IMG/VR virus record: IMGVR_UViG_3300048883_000431
Span: 32,001 to 96,000 of that record
Length of the DNA stretch: 64,000 nt
Direction: 5' to 3' (one strand)
From: a virus
Numbering within the stretch: the first letter of the stretch is position 1; each line of letters opens with the position of its first letter. Positions 45,235 to 54,242 of the stretch are shown here, piece after piece. The position numbers and the translations under genes are program-made. The notes beneath the pieces were generated by a model. That model ran no database searches, was not told where the DNA came from, and saw only the letters and a program-made list of their open reading frames with translations.

Positions 45235-46653
45235 CTAATCAAAGAGTCCGTCGAACGCATCCCCGCCCGACGGGTCGGGGAGGTCGGCGGGGCCAACCTT
45301 CGCGGCAGCTTCCGCCTGCTCCTTGCGGGCTTGGACGCTGGGGTCGAAGGCAATGTCATCGTCCGTGTCGCCCGACGCATCCTTCTCGGCGACGGCGGCA
45401 GTGGTGGGGACATAGGTCGCGGCCATCCACTGGACAAACCCGTCAAGGTATGGGGTAGCGACCTCGACGTACACGTCCACCATTGACTCCTGTCCGGGAC
45501 CGTCAAGCAGGAGGTAGATCACGGTCTGCATCACGTCGACGCACGCCAGGTGGGCACGCTCGCCCTTCGCTGTGTACCGCTTGTTGTAGGTGTCGAAGTC
45601 GGCACCGAACCAGGCCATGTGTGTCTTGCCGCCCGTGCGGTGTTCCTCCAGGGGACCAGCGAAGTCCGACGCCTCGACGTACTTGGCGAAGCAGGTGGCC
45701 AGAGCCTTGAAGTTGTCGCCCCCCTCCAAGAGCTGCGCTCCGAAGCGCGCGTAAGCGCCCGTTATGATCTTCGGGGACTTGTCCGACAGCGTCCCGAGCT
45801 GCTTGAGTCGTTTCTCCGTGGCGAACTCCGTTCCGGGTTCGCGCTCCGGCGTGGCCTCGGCGACCTTCTCCCGCTGCGTCTCAGGTTCAGGTTCCGGTTC
45901 GTTGGGAACCTCCGTAACCGTTACGGGTATGTCCTCCTCGGGGACGCGGTTCACGGTGCGCTGCGAGGGGTCGAGCGTCGCCTCGGCGGCCGCCTTACGC
46001 TCGTCGCGTTCGCCGGGTGGAAGCGGGGGTGCGGACTCGGGCGGCACGAGCGCGTCGATGATGCGTGGACGCTCCGTGTCCATCATCTCTTCTTCGCTGT
46101 AGATGCCCGCGCATCCCTCGTCGACCGACCGGAGGACCAGGACCTCGGCAACCTTCTGGATCATGGCATCCGGGTAGGTCTGCCAGGGCTTGGACCCGCG
46201 CTTGTACTGATCGAACGCGGCGAACTTGATGTCGTCCGGCTGGTCCTTCATCGCCCCGATGGCCCACGCGCCGATGAGCTTGCCACGGTTGAAGACTTCC
46301 CGCTTGTGGCGGAAGTTCTTGATGATGAGTTCGCCGTCCACAAACTCCTGCTCGAATTCGACGGTGTCGTTCTCGTATACGACACCCGACCGGCAGGCAA
46401 TGAACGAGGGGTTGCGCTTGGCGATCTTCCGGTAGCCGTCGCGCGAGGTCATCGGACGACCTTCGGGACCCAGGAAAATCTCGCCACGGAATGGGTCGAG
46501 GTCGTAGACGACACACATGTGGAGGAAGACTTCGATCTGTGGGGGTGTCGCCTTCGGCGCGATCACCCTGCGGATCACTTCCATCCGTTCGTCGAGGTAT
46601 TCGCGCGTCATCACGACGCCGCCCTCGACTGGTACCAGTTCGGCTGCCATCAC
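45235..46653 (-). CDS. bet: Bet/RecT single-strand annealing recombinase with long C-terminal extension
   Basis: FLHMCVVYDLDPFRGEI, SRDGYRKIA, LIGAWA, WQTYPDAMIQKVAE, GIYSEEEM. Confidence 0.88.
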   Translation of the reverse strand: MMAAELVPVEGGVVMTREYLDERMEVIRRVIAPKATPPQIEVFLHMCVVYDLDPFRGEIFLGPEGRPMTSRDGYRKIAKRNPSFIACRSGVVYENDTVEFEQEFVDGELIIKNFRHKREVFNRGKLIGAWAIGAMKDQPDDIKFAAFDQYKRGSKPWQTYPDAMIQKVAEVLVLRSVDEGCAGIYSEEEMMDTERPRIIDALVPPESAPPLPPGERDERKAAAEATLDPSQRTVNRVPEEDIPVTVTEVPNEPEPEPETQREKVAEATPEREPGTEFATEKRLKQLGTLSDKSPKIITGAYARFGAQLLEGGDNFKALATCFAKYVEASDFAGPLEEHRTGGKTHMAWFGADFDTYNKRYTAKGERAHLACVDVMQTVIYLLLDGPGQESMVDVYVEVATPYLDGFVQWMAATYVPTTAAVAEKDASGDTDDDIAFDPSVQARKEQAEAAAKVGPADLPDPSGGDAFDGLFD

Positions 46654-47255
46654 GAGCTCCTTACAGCAGTGTTAATCATACGACGTTCGCGGCGCGTGAG
46701 GTATGCCCCGGTTCGCCGCCCGGTTTTCATCAGGCGGTTGGGGTCCTTGTGATGCCGGAGGTCGGCCCAGTGTCCGATCTCGTGGGCCAAGGTGGAGCCA
46801 CGCCCACGCGTGGAGTCCATGAGGATGTAGCCCGAGCGCGATGCGTGCCACCCACGTGAGCCATCGAGGTCCACGAGGAAGACAAGGAGCGCGCTGCCGG
46901 GGTATTCATGGTAGGCGTGATCCTGGCGGAGGGCCTTGGCCTCGAACACCATCCGCCGGTGCAGCCCACTAAGGGCGAAGCGGAAGCCGGGCTTGATCTT
47001 CCTCACCCGAACGCACTCGGTGACCCGTGAGTTCGTCCGACTGAGTGTCACGCGCGCCGAGTCCAGGATGTTCGCGGCGTCGCGGAACCACATGCCCGCA
47101 CGCGCTGCCACGGTCTTACCGTCAAAGGTCTCGCGGCCGTCGACGTTCGCGAACCCGAGCCACAGCTCCTTGCGTGGAAGCGAACTGCTCCCCTGCACGC
47201 GGATCATGCGTTTGGGTTGCTTAACGAGCCACCCCGTCCACCCAAAGATTGACAT
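46650..47255 (-). CDS. zinc metallopeptidase (metzincin-like)
   Basis: TLAHEIGHWADLRH plus NRLM Met-turn. Confidence 0.7.
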   Translation of the reverse strand: MSIFGWTGWLVKQPKRMIRVQGSSSLPRKELWLGFANVDGRETFDGKTVAARAGMWFRDAANILDSARVTLSRTNSRVTECVRVRKIKPGFRFALSGLHRRMVFEAKALRQDHAYHEYPGSALLVFLVDLDGSRGWHASRSGYILMDSTRGRGSTLAHEIGHWADLRHHKDPNRLMKTGRRTGAYLTRRERRMINTAVRSS

Positions 47256-47275
47256 AGCGTCCCTTTCGTGTTGGT

Positions 47276-47304
47276 ATTATACCACACGCAATGCCGGATG
47301 TCAA
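47276..47304 (-). promoter_or_regulatory. perfect consensus sigma70 promoter
   Basis: TTGACA, 17 nt, TATAAT with TG extension; GAAAGGG RBS downstream. Confidence 0.9.
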
Positions 47305-47322
47305 CTTGATTTGGGGGACACG

Positions 47323-47499
47323 TTACCTAGGGTTGTCCCACTCCGCGACCTTGCCGTCGATGTACTTCTTGACCGTGGTGAGCTTCGCGACGACCGCCTT
47401 TGACTCAGCCGCTTCCCTGTTCAGGTTCGTCCGTATCAGCTTGCCTATCTTCTCGCTCGCCACCGTCAGTTCCCTCGACGCGATGTGCAGGATGTCCAT
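47323..47499 (-). CDS. 58-aa ORF MDILHIASREL...EWDNPR, possibly the frameshifted C-terminus of the upstream gene
   Basis: High-GC3 codons in this frame; not in the ORF track (<60 aa). Confidence 0.5.
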   Translation of the reverse strand: MDILHIASRELTVASEKIGKLIRTNLNREAAESKAVVAKLTTVKKYIDGKVAEWDNPR

Positions 47500-47872
47500 T
47501 ACGTGCTCCGTCTCGTAGGTTTGCTAGGTTGACAAGCGTCTGCATGGTTGCAGCGACGGGGACCATTGTCTCCCCGAACCGCTCAAGCACCTCGGCCTGT
47601 GTGAGCCCGACGCACTGCTTGGCGACGAGGTCATTCATCGAACGTAGGAGGAGCCACGAGGACCAGGCAAGGTCGCAGACCAACGCCTCCTCCTCGGGTG
47701 ACTCCATCGTTCCCAGTATAGTGAACGCGGGATCGAACTTGTCTGGTAGCTTGCGCCGCATGAACTGAACGTAATCGTTAATGGACCTCGGGGCTCCGCT
47801 GTCTCCGAGATTCTCCAGAAGGTCCTTGGCCCAAGAGGGGAGCTCGCGTGGGACCGCGTTGGCTGTTACCAT
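47405..47872 (-). CDS. hypothetical protein (3' part probably out of frame)
   Basis: Coding-like until ~47520, then low-GC3 codons. Confidence 0.55.
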   Translation of the reverse strand: MVTANAVPRELPSWAKDLLENLGDSGAPRSINDYVQFMRRKLPDKFDPAFTILGTMESPEEEALVCDLAWSSWLLLRSMNDLVAKQCVGLTQAEVLERFGETMVPVAATMQTLVNLANLRDGARNGHPAHRVEGTDGGEREDRQADTDEPEQGSG

Positions 47873-49335
47873 AGTAGGTCGTCCTTGATCTCTATGTTCC
47901 CTACCCGTATCGTGCGGATGCCGAGTGCTTCCCTAAGTATACGCTCGGTTGCCTCGGCAACATAGTCAGGGTTGAGATCGTTGCCCATGAAGTACCGCTT
48001 CTTCTTGACTGCCACGACCCCGACCGTCCCGGTTCCCATCATCGGGTCAAGGACAGCGGCGGGCAACGTGCCGGTGACCGTGCAGGAACACGTTGGCACC
48101 CATCGGTCCTTCTTGCGCGTGCGGGACATGGACTCAAGGATGCGACGCTTGGTGTCAGACGGGTTCTGCGCCATGTGTCCGGCGTAGTCCTTGCGCGCCT
48201 GCCCGGTGTAGTCTTCGACGAGCGGGGCAAGGTCGGTCTCAACGATGCGGAAGTAGGGAGCGGCGCACTCCAGGCACGCGCACGGCGGTGTGGAGGCCTC
48301 GATGGGGTCCTCGACGAGCTTCTTGGGGAAGGCAGCGTAGTGCTGCCCCTTGAAGGCATGGACGTTGACCACGGTGGCGATGGGTCTGCCCTCGAAGTCC
48401 GTGACAATCCCCTGCTCCTTCGGGTCCCGGTCAAGCATGTCGCTCGTAAGACGTCGGAGTGTCCATGCCGCCGCTTCCCGCGACGACAGCCACACGTCCA
48501 TGGTCCGCCACTGTCGCCCGTGGAGGGAGAGCATGAGCTCTGATTCGAGCACATCCCCTCCCCTGTGCCCACGGTGCATGGTATGTGGCGTCTGTGGAGC
48601 GCTCTCGCCGCTCCACTTGTGCTCGTCGGATCGAGCCGCTAGACGAAGCCCACTGGGTAACGAGGACGCGGCCAGCTCTTGTAGCACCGCGTACCTGTCA
48701 TAGTAGTAGTCGTGTGATACCCACTGATTCGCACGCTTCCAGAGCTTCTTGAGTAGTCTCTGATCGCGCACTGGAGCATGACGGGTGGCGGTGGAAGGAA
48801 GTCCCCTCCGTAGTCCGTCAAACTCGTTAACGTGAGTCCACACGTAATCAGGATCAGGTTTAACACGGACGCCTCGTTTCGTGGGGTGTGTCCAGAAGAC
48901 AGGTGAGTTCGACTTAGAGAACATGAACATGGTTTCGTGACTGATCGTCGGACGGTCGGACGCGCTGCTCGGCAGCACGTTCGGCTTCATCCAGGGTATC
49001 TCCGCGCGCAGTGTCCACCCGCGTCGGCCCATCTCGATGGCAACACGGTGCGGGATGAGGAGCTTGTTCTTGTCGCGACCGTAGGTGTCGCCGATGACGA
49101 GCCACAGCGTGCCGTCCTCGCGGAGGACACGCCACCACTCGGCCGCCATGTCGCAAAGGGTTTTGACGTAATCCTCGATGGAGTCTTCGAGTCCCAACTG
49201 CCCGTCTACCTTGTAATCCCGTTGGAGGTAGTAGGGCGGACTAACGCAGATCATTTGCACGGAGCCTCTGCCCACGCCCTTGAGGTCGCCTGCATCGCCC
49301 ACGTTCACCCGGAAGAGATGATCCATACTATTCAT
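47866..49335 (-). CDS. DNA N4-C/N6-A methyltransferase (beta class) with large insert
   Basis: CVSPPYY, WMKPNVLP, HYAAFP, VLDPMMGTGT, DLNPDY. Confidence 0.9.
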   Translation of the reverse strand: MNSMDHLFRVNVGDAGDLKGVGRGSVQMICVSPPYYLQRDYKVDGQLGLEDSIEDYVKTLCDMAAEWWRVLREDGTLWLVIGDTYGRDKNKLLIPHRVAIEMGRRGWTLRAEIPWMKPNVLPSSASDRPTISHETMFMFSKSNSPVFWTHPTKRGVRVKPDPDYVWTHVNEFDGLRRGLPSTATRHAPVRDQRLLKKLWKRANQWVSHDYYYDRYAVLQELAASSLPSGLRLAARSDEHKWSGESAPQTPHTMHRGHRGGDVLESELMLSLHGRQWRTMDVWLSSREAAAWTLRRLTSDMLDRDPKEQGIVTDFEGRPIATVVNVHAFKGQHYAAFPKKLVEDPIEASTPPCACLECAAPYFRIVETDLAPLVEDYTGQARKDYAGHMAQNPSDTKRRILESMSRTRKKDRWVPTCSCTVTGTLPAAVLDPMMGTGTVGVVAVKKKRYFMGNDLNPDYVAEATERILREALGIRTIRVGNIEIKDDLLW

Positions 49336-49521
49336 CGAGCTCTCCGCCGTGTATAACGCAGTCCAGAACCACACGCTCCCGACCTACGAACTAAAGGTAC
49401 CCCCTGCCTTCGTCGAGCACCTGAAGTCCGTGCGCCCGGAGGGAGGAACGGGAAGCCGTCGGAGCCCGCAGCAGCTCGTGGATTGGCAGGGCAGACTCCA
49501 CCAAGAAGTCCGTGCCCTGAA

Positions 49522-50568
49522 TCAAGGAACAGGTGGTCCATAGACTGCATAGCGTCCAACTCCCTCACGTGTCACATCCCCGCGCGCTACCGCATTGTCC
49601 AGGCACTCGTGTATCGGTGACAACCATCGGAACTTCTTCGCCAACTCCGCGTGGGGAATCGGACGTTGCTTTGATGCAGCGAACGCCCGGAGGCTGTCCC
49701 CCCAGGGTGTCCTAGCCAGTGGGCGGCCAGTTGATCTTGCGAGCGACTGCATTCGCTCGACTGCGCTCCACCGAACCTGCTTTGCCCGTGACTTCGATAT
49801 ACCAAGCCGCTCCCCTATCTCCAAGTCGCTGTGGACGAGGTGCGGCGGCAGTCCGAAGTGCATGGTGATGACTTCTAAGTCGCGCGGCACAAGAGTACGC
49901 AAGTAGGGCAGTGTATCCTCTACCGGTCTCGTACTGGCTTCCGAAGTACGTACCCGCTCGATGTAGTCGTCGAAGCTCGCGGAAGCATCCGCAAGTGTCG
50001 TGCGGTCCTGTCGATGCGCGTAGTCCGTGCCCTTTAACACCCATAGCTCGTCCATCCCAATGCCTGTGCGCTCCGAGATCTCCTCGGCGAACGGCGCACG
50101 CCCCATCTCGGTCTGCATGTCCCGGTCGGCCTTGGCGATCTCCTGGACGGCGTGGTACACCTCCTTGTTCACGCGTTCGCCGCCGAGCAACTGCCACCGA
50201 GCTCGTCGCACGTAGTTGCGCACCACCTCTGTGGCGTAGGTGATGAACTTCACACCCCGGTCGGGGTCGAACCACTCGACCGCCGCCATCAGTCCGATCA
50301 TTCCCTCGGACACCAGGTCCTCGGTGTAGTCGCGTGCGTTCCCGTGCTGCACCGCCACGCTCAACACCATCCCGAGGTGACGACGCACAAGGCGAGCCAT
50401 CGCCGTGCGCACGCCGCCCTGTGCCATGCGTATGACCGTCAGCTCCTCCGCGCGCTCCATCGGAACCGGCGGGTTGTGCTTGCGGTCCATGATCAGGTGC
50501 CACGGGAGCTTGGTAAACCCACGCCCCAGCGCACCATACTCGCCCCTGACCAGTAGCTTCTCGGTCAT
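49522..50568 (-). CDS. sigma-70 family sigma factor (RpoD/FliA-like, regions 2-4)
   Basis: EDLVSEGMIGLMAAVEWFDPDRGVKFITYA, GRAPFAEEIS, EIGERLGISKSRAKQ. Confidence 0.9.
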   Translation of the reverse strand: MTEKLLVRGEYGALGRGFTKLPWHLIMDRKHNPPVPMERAEELTVIRMAQGGVRTAMARLVRRHLGMVLSVAVQHGNARDYTEDLVSEGMIGLMAAVEWFDPDRGVKFITYATEVVRNYVRRARWQLLGGERVNKEVYHAVQEIAKADRDMQTEMGRAPFAEEISERTGIGMDELWVLKGTDYAHRQDRTTLADASASFDDYIERVRTSEASTRPVEDTLPYLRTLVPRDLEVITMHFGLPPHLVHSDLEIGERLGISKSRAKQVRWSAVERMQSLARSTGRPLARTPWGDSLRAFAASKQRPIPHAELAKKFRWLSPIHECLDNAVARGDVTREGVGRYAVYGPPVP

Positions 50569-50574
50569 GCGCGC

Positions 50575-50628
50575 TCACTTACGGTTACCGTCCCAGTCCC
50601 TGTCGAAGATCGTCGGTATCTTACGCAT
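50575..50628 (-). pseudogene. 17-aa gene remnant MRKIPTIFDRDWDGNRK
   Basis: AGGT RBS; fills the gap between mazG and the sigma gene; looks like a truncated N-terminus. Confidence 0.4.
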
Positions 50629-50631
50629 GGC

Positions 50632-50961
50632 TTACCTGTCGCCCCCACTCCCAGAAAGGACACCGCGCACCGCGCGGCTTGCCAGCTTGGCTATGTTCCG
50701 CCGTGCCACCTCGGCGAGGGACACCTTGAGCTCGTGCGCCAGCGCGACGATATACCACAGCGCGTCCCCGAGCTCGTCGATCAACTCTTGGCGGCGCTCT
50801 TCGGTGAGGACCCCGTGCTCGTCCCGCCCGATTTTCTTGACTTGGTTCGCGATCTCGCCCGCTTCCCCGGCGAGTCCGAGCGCGGCGTACTCGATGTTCG
50901 ACCCCCGTCTCGGGTAGATCGCGGTTGCGTCGGCCTGCTCTTGGTACTTGATGATGTCCAT
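50632..50961 (-). CDS. MazG-like nucleotide pyrophosphohydrolase
   Basis: LGLAGEAGEIANQVKK, ELGDALWY, NIAKLASR, GSGGDR. Confidence 0.92.
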   Translation of the reverse strand: MDIIKYQEQADATAIYPRRGSNIEYAALGLAGEAGEIANQVKKIGRDEHGVLTEERRQELIDELGDALWYIVALAHELKVSLAEVARRNIAKLASRAVRGVLSGSGGDR

Positions 50962-51356
50962 TTGCGCTCCACGATTTTGACTTCGACCCGAGGGTCATCC
51001 TTGTCGACATCAAACTGGTCCGACCAGCCGCCGATGTAGGCCCACGTGTCGTTCGGTATGATCCCCCCCACCTGGAGGGCGTCGAAGATGATCTTCTTGG
51101 CGGCTGCCACGTTGTCCTTGTCCCGCCGCCGGTCTGGGCATACCCACGTGATGACGAAGAACAGCGGGAACGTAGTGCACGCGTGCAGTCCCTGCCGTGC
51201 GATCTCCAGAACGATGATGGTTTCCCACTCGTTCTTCATCGCGTTCCACCTGTTGTACCTCGACTTGCCGCGCCGACCCATAGTGCCACGGGCCTGCAGA
51301 ATCTCGTTCATTCCAGGCATTTTACCGGGGATAACAAGCGTCTGGATTCGAGCCAT
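50781..51356 (-). CDS. rusA: RusA-like Holliday junction resolvase
   Basis: RRRDKDN, KIIFDALQVGGIIPND, DPRVEV. Confidence 0.8.
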   Translation of the reverse strand: MARIQTLVIPGKMPGMNEILQARGTMGRRGKSRYNRWNAMKNEWETIIVLEIARQGLHACTTFPLFFVITWVCPDRRRDKDNVAAAKKIIFDALQVGGIIPNDTWAYIGGWSDQFDVDKDDPRVEVKIVERKWTSSSTKSRPTQPRSTRDGGRTSSTPRSDSPGKRARSRTKSRKSGGTSTGSSPKSAAKS

Positions 51357-52006
51357 TCTCGGCTCCTCGACTGGTCTATGCGTTCGGCGTAGAACTTCTT
51401 ATCCTTAGAGTATACAGCGACCCGCGCGGTATAGAAAGGACAGGAGGACACCAACGCACGAAGGTAGACGTAGGTCGAGCGTCTGAGTTCGAGCGGATCG
51501 TCGGGTCCTGTGGTGTCACACATGTCCCACAGGAACCGATTGAATGTTGCAGGCATGACCCCGAAGTCAGGTGCGATCTCCCGCCCAGTGATGCACGCCT
51601 GGGCGAAGGTCACGTCGAACCCCTCGATGGGGGACCCGTAGTAGCACAGCCAGTAGTACCCACGTATGGACTTGATCGCTATGAGTTCCGGGTAGCGACC
51701 CCGAAGCTCCGCGCCCCTGAACTTACGACGATCCGTCAGCGTCATCAGCTCGGGGATGCGCGATCTGTATACGTTGACCACGGACTCGGCGTGGATCATG
51801 CCGTTGGGGCAGTCCGGGTCGTCGTCCTTACGTAGCAGGACAACGACGGGGTTGGCCAGGTCGGTCAGCGCGGACGCCACGATACGTATGCGCGGGTCGC
51901 GGTCGAGGTATGCGGCGACGGTGCGTAGCTGTTCGCGCGTGATGGAGATGCGGCCGTCGTGGATGATCCTGTCGACGACAAGCCCCGCCTTTACCCGTCC
52001 GCTCAT
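51308..52006 (-). CDS. hypothetical protein
   Basis: ATGA-coupled to the clamp gene; starts MSGRVKAG. Confidence 0.6.
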   Translation of the reverse strand: MSGRVKAGLVVDRIIHDGRISITREQLRTVAAYLDRDPRIRIVASALTDLANPVVVLLRKDDDPDCPNGMIHAESVVNVYRSRIPELMTLTDRRKFRGAELRGRYPELIAIKSIRGYYWLCYYGSPIEGFDVTFAQACITGREIAPDFGVMPATFNRFLWDMCDTTGPDDPLELRRSTYVYLRALVSSCPFYTARVAVYSKDKKFYAERIDQSRSREWLESRRLLSPVKCLE

Positions 52007-53157
52007 GCGTTCACCCCCGCTTTGGACACCACCTGCGGAACCATGAAGCACTGGTTGGAGTAGGCCACGTCCGTCCCGTCGTCGTGGCGCTCGATCATAA
52101 ACGCTTGCTTCTCCGAGGACAGGGTGATCTCCACCACGTCGCCGTTGGCGTGCGCCAGCGCGTCGCGCACCGCGTTCGTCCTCACCTTCTTGGTGATCGG
52201 TGGGCACGACGAGCGGGTCGGGATCAGGTCGGACGTCGCCCCGGTGAGCGCGGTCTCGTCCGTCCGCACCTCGATCTCGTTGCCCCCGAAGATGAGGTCG
52301 GCGATGGGGGCGTCGCTGTCTCCGAATATCTCCGAGCGGTCGAGAGCTTGCGCCAGCTCGGGGCGGTCAACGACGACGGTATCGCACCCCTCCATGTCCA
52401 TGAGGTGCGCCTGGATGGCATCGTAGTACCACTCGCCCTCCAGGCAGCGACACGACAGCCACACGTGGCCGTTGTCGAGGACGAGCATCTTGCCCGACCG
52501 TCCGAGGATAAGGGGCGCGTCAGTCGTGATGGTGCTGGAGATGATCGCGGACGTGGTGTTCGGCACGAGGAACCACGACATCGGTGTGTCGGCAGACTCG
52601 TCGAGGGTTGTGGTCGCTACCGCGCACCGCCGTCGGTCGGTCGCCATGATGGACAGCTCTTGGTCTTCCACACGGTAGTAGACCGCGCCGAGCTCGGGGG
52701 ACTGTCCGCTGCTATCCGATGCGTAGGACGTGTCCGAAACCATGCGTCGGAAGATGTTGCCGTCAGGCAGGACGCCCATCGGCTCGTAATCCTTGCGGTC
52801 GTTCGGGTAGTTCTCCGCCGTCGAGGTGAGCATCGAATACTTGCCCTGTCCCGCCGTGATGTGGAGGGTGGGCTTGCCCTTGTCCTTTCGGAAGGCCACC
52901 GACGCATCGCGCAGCCCGCTGATAAGGCGTGTGAACTTCCGTGCGTCCACTAGGAACTCTTCGGGATCAGTGTCGTGCGTGCCGACCACCACCTCAACGT
53001 AGGCCTGGAGGTTGCTTCCTCGGATGCGCACCGTCTTGTCCGCGTCGATGGACACGCACAGGTTCTTGAGTAGTTCGATCCCACCCGCCGCACGGGCGAG
53101 AAGCTCCGCCGTCTTAGCGCCGGACTGCAGCGCGTCACGGTCGAGTGTCAATTCCAT
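52003..53157 (-). CDS. dnaN: DNA polymerase III beta sliding clamp
   Basis: 384 aa, three-domain length; LVDARKF, ENYP, MATDRRRCA, CRCLEG, VDRPELAQALDR, C-terminal MVP. Confidence 0.85.
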   Translation of the reverse strand: MELTLDRDALQSGAKTAELLARAAGGIELLKNLCVSIDADKTVRIRGSNLQAYVEVVVGTHDTDPEEFLVDARKFTRLISGLRDASVAFRKDKGKPTLHITAGQGKYSMLTSTAENYPNDRKDYEPMGVLPDGNIFRRMVSDTSYASDSSGQSPELGAVYYRVEDQELSIMATDRRRCAVATTTLDESADTPMSWFLVPNTTSAIISSTITTDAPLILGRSGKMLVLDNGHVWLSCRCLEGEWYYDAIQAHLMDMEGCDTVVVDRPELAQALDRSEIFGDSDAPIADLIFGGNEIEVRTDETALTGATSDLIPTRSSCPPITKKVRTNAVRDALAHANGDVVEITLSSEKQAFMIERHDDGTDVAYSNQCFMVPQVVSKAGVNA

Positions 53158-53303
53158 GTTACCGGAGTCCCCTTCCGATTTTTTACCAGATGCACAGGTT
53201 AAAATGTTTAAAACGTGTGGAAGGCAGGCACGCCCCCCACACGCATCAGATTACCGAAAGTGGAAGCGAAACCTATCGCCTCCTGGGGAAATTATCCCCT
53301 TCC

Positions 53304-53972
53304 TCAGACACGGGTAGGAAGACCGAGTCCGAAGTCCTTGACCCGCGCCCATCCTTCCTCGCCGAGGACATCGACGAGTTTCGCGCGGCGCGCGGCCTGT
53401 GAGTTGTAGACGGTGTTGAGGCGCTCGCGGGCGGTGGCGTCCTGCATGTCAACACCGCGAAGCTGCGCATACTTGAGGAAGATGCCGTCCGCCTCATCAT
53501 AGGTGTGGATTGCGCTCGACAGGACGCTGACGAGCTTCGGCAGCTCGGGGGCGAGGTCCGCTTCGAGGTCCTTCGCCGTCCCTGGGAAGCTCGCGCTGAA
53601 CGTCTGGTCCGGGTCCTTGAGGTCGGCACCCGCTCGGAAGATGCGGAGCGTGTACTTGCGCACGGCCTCGCCGTCTTCGTCCTTGGTCGCGCTGCCCGGC
53701 TGTAGCTGACACCGGATGTCTCCTCCGGGAATCTTGAGCGACTGCTTCTTGCCCGCCGCCGCCGGAACCTCCTTGGGCGTGTGCTTCTGGACGTACTCGC
53801 CCGTGACGGTGCTAATCCGTGTGAGCGCGTCCTTGACGTCCTGCGTAAGTTTCGCCTCGCCGTCCTGGATCACAAAGTCCGAGAGGATCGCGACGTCCGC
53901 GCCATAGTCGAGTTCGCCCGAGTCCACGCCCTGATTCACGAGCTTCCGTACCGCCGTTTTGCTGAGTGCCAT
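53304..53972 (-). CDS. hypothetical protein
   Basis: AAGGGA RBS; high-GC3 222-aa ORF. Confidence 0.7.
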   Translation of the reverse strand: MALSKTAVRKLVNQGVDSGELDYGADVAILSDFVIQDGEAKLTQDVKDALTRISTVTGEYVQKHTPKEVPAAAGKKQSLKIPGGDIRCQLQPGSATKDEDGEAVRKYTLRIFRAGADLKDPDQTFSASFPGTAKDLEADLAPELPKLVSVLSSAIHTYDEADGIFLKYAQLRGVDMQDATARERLNTVYNSQAARRAKLVDVLGEEGWARVKDFGLGLPTRV

Positions 53973-53983
53973 TCCGAGTCCCC

Positions 53984-54175
53984 TTAGTTGGATTCGAGCT
54001 CGTCTCGCACGTCATGTGCGAAATCGTAAAGCTCCGCGAGAACGGCGTCGAGGACTGCCCCCTCGCCGTGTTCTGCCGCCACCCCGATTCGTGCCGCGAC
54101 CTTCTCCTTGAAGCTATTGCGGAACGACGGGTGAAGCTGGCTCACGTAGTCTTGTGCGGTCACGTATGCGGGCAT
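53984..54175 (-). CDS. small hypothetical protein
   Basis: GAAGGA RBS directly after a promoter. Confidence 0.65.
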   Translation of the reverse strand: MPAYVTAQDYVSQLHPSFRNSFKEKVAARIGVAAEHGEGAVLDAVLAELYDFAHDVRDELESN

Positions 54176-54195
54176 ACGGTCGTCCTTCCGATAAT

Positions 54196-54224
54196 ATGAT
54201 ACCCCAAGCCACCGTCGGGGTCAA
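54196..54224 (-). promoter_or_regulatory. sigma70 promoter
   Basis: TTGACC, 17 nt, TATCAT. Confidence 0.75.
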
Positions 54225-54242
54225 GTTCATTTCCGAGTTTGG

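Noticed and set aside
50781-50961. Functional C-terminal extension of RusA
   Set aside because: The tail overlaps mazG out of frame and is low complexity; probably a lost stop codon
53160-53303. tRNA or hammerhead ribozyme
   Set aside because: No T-loop/CCA cloverleaf; CUGAUGC does not match the CUGAUGA core and no properly placed GAAA
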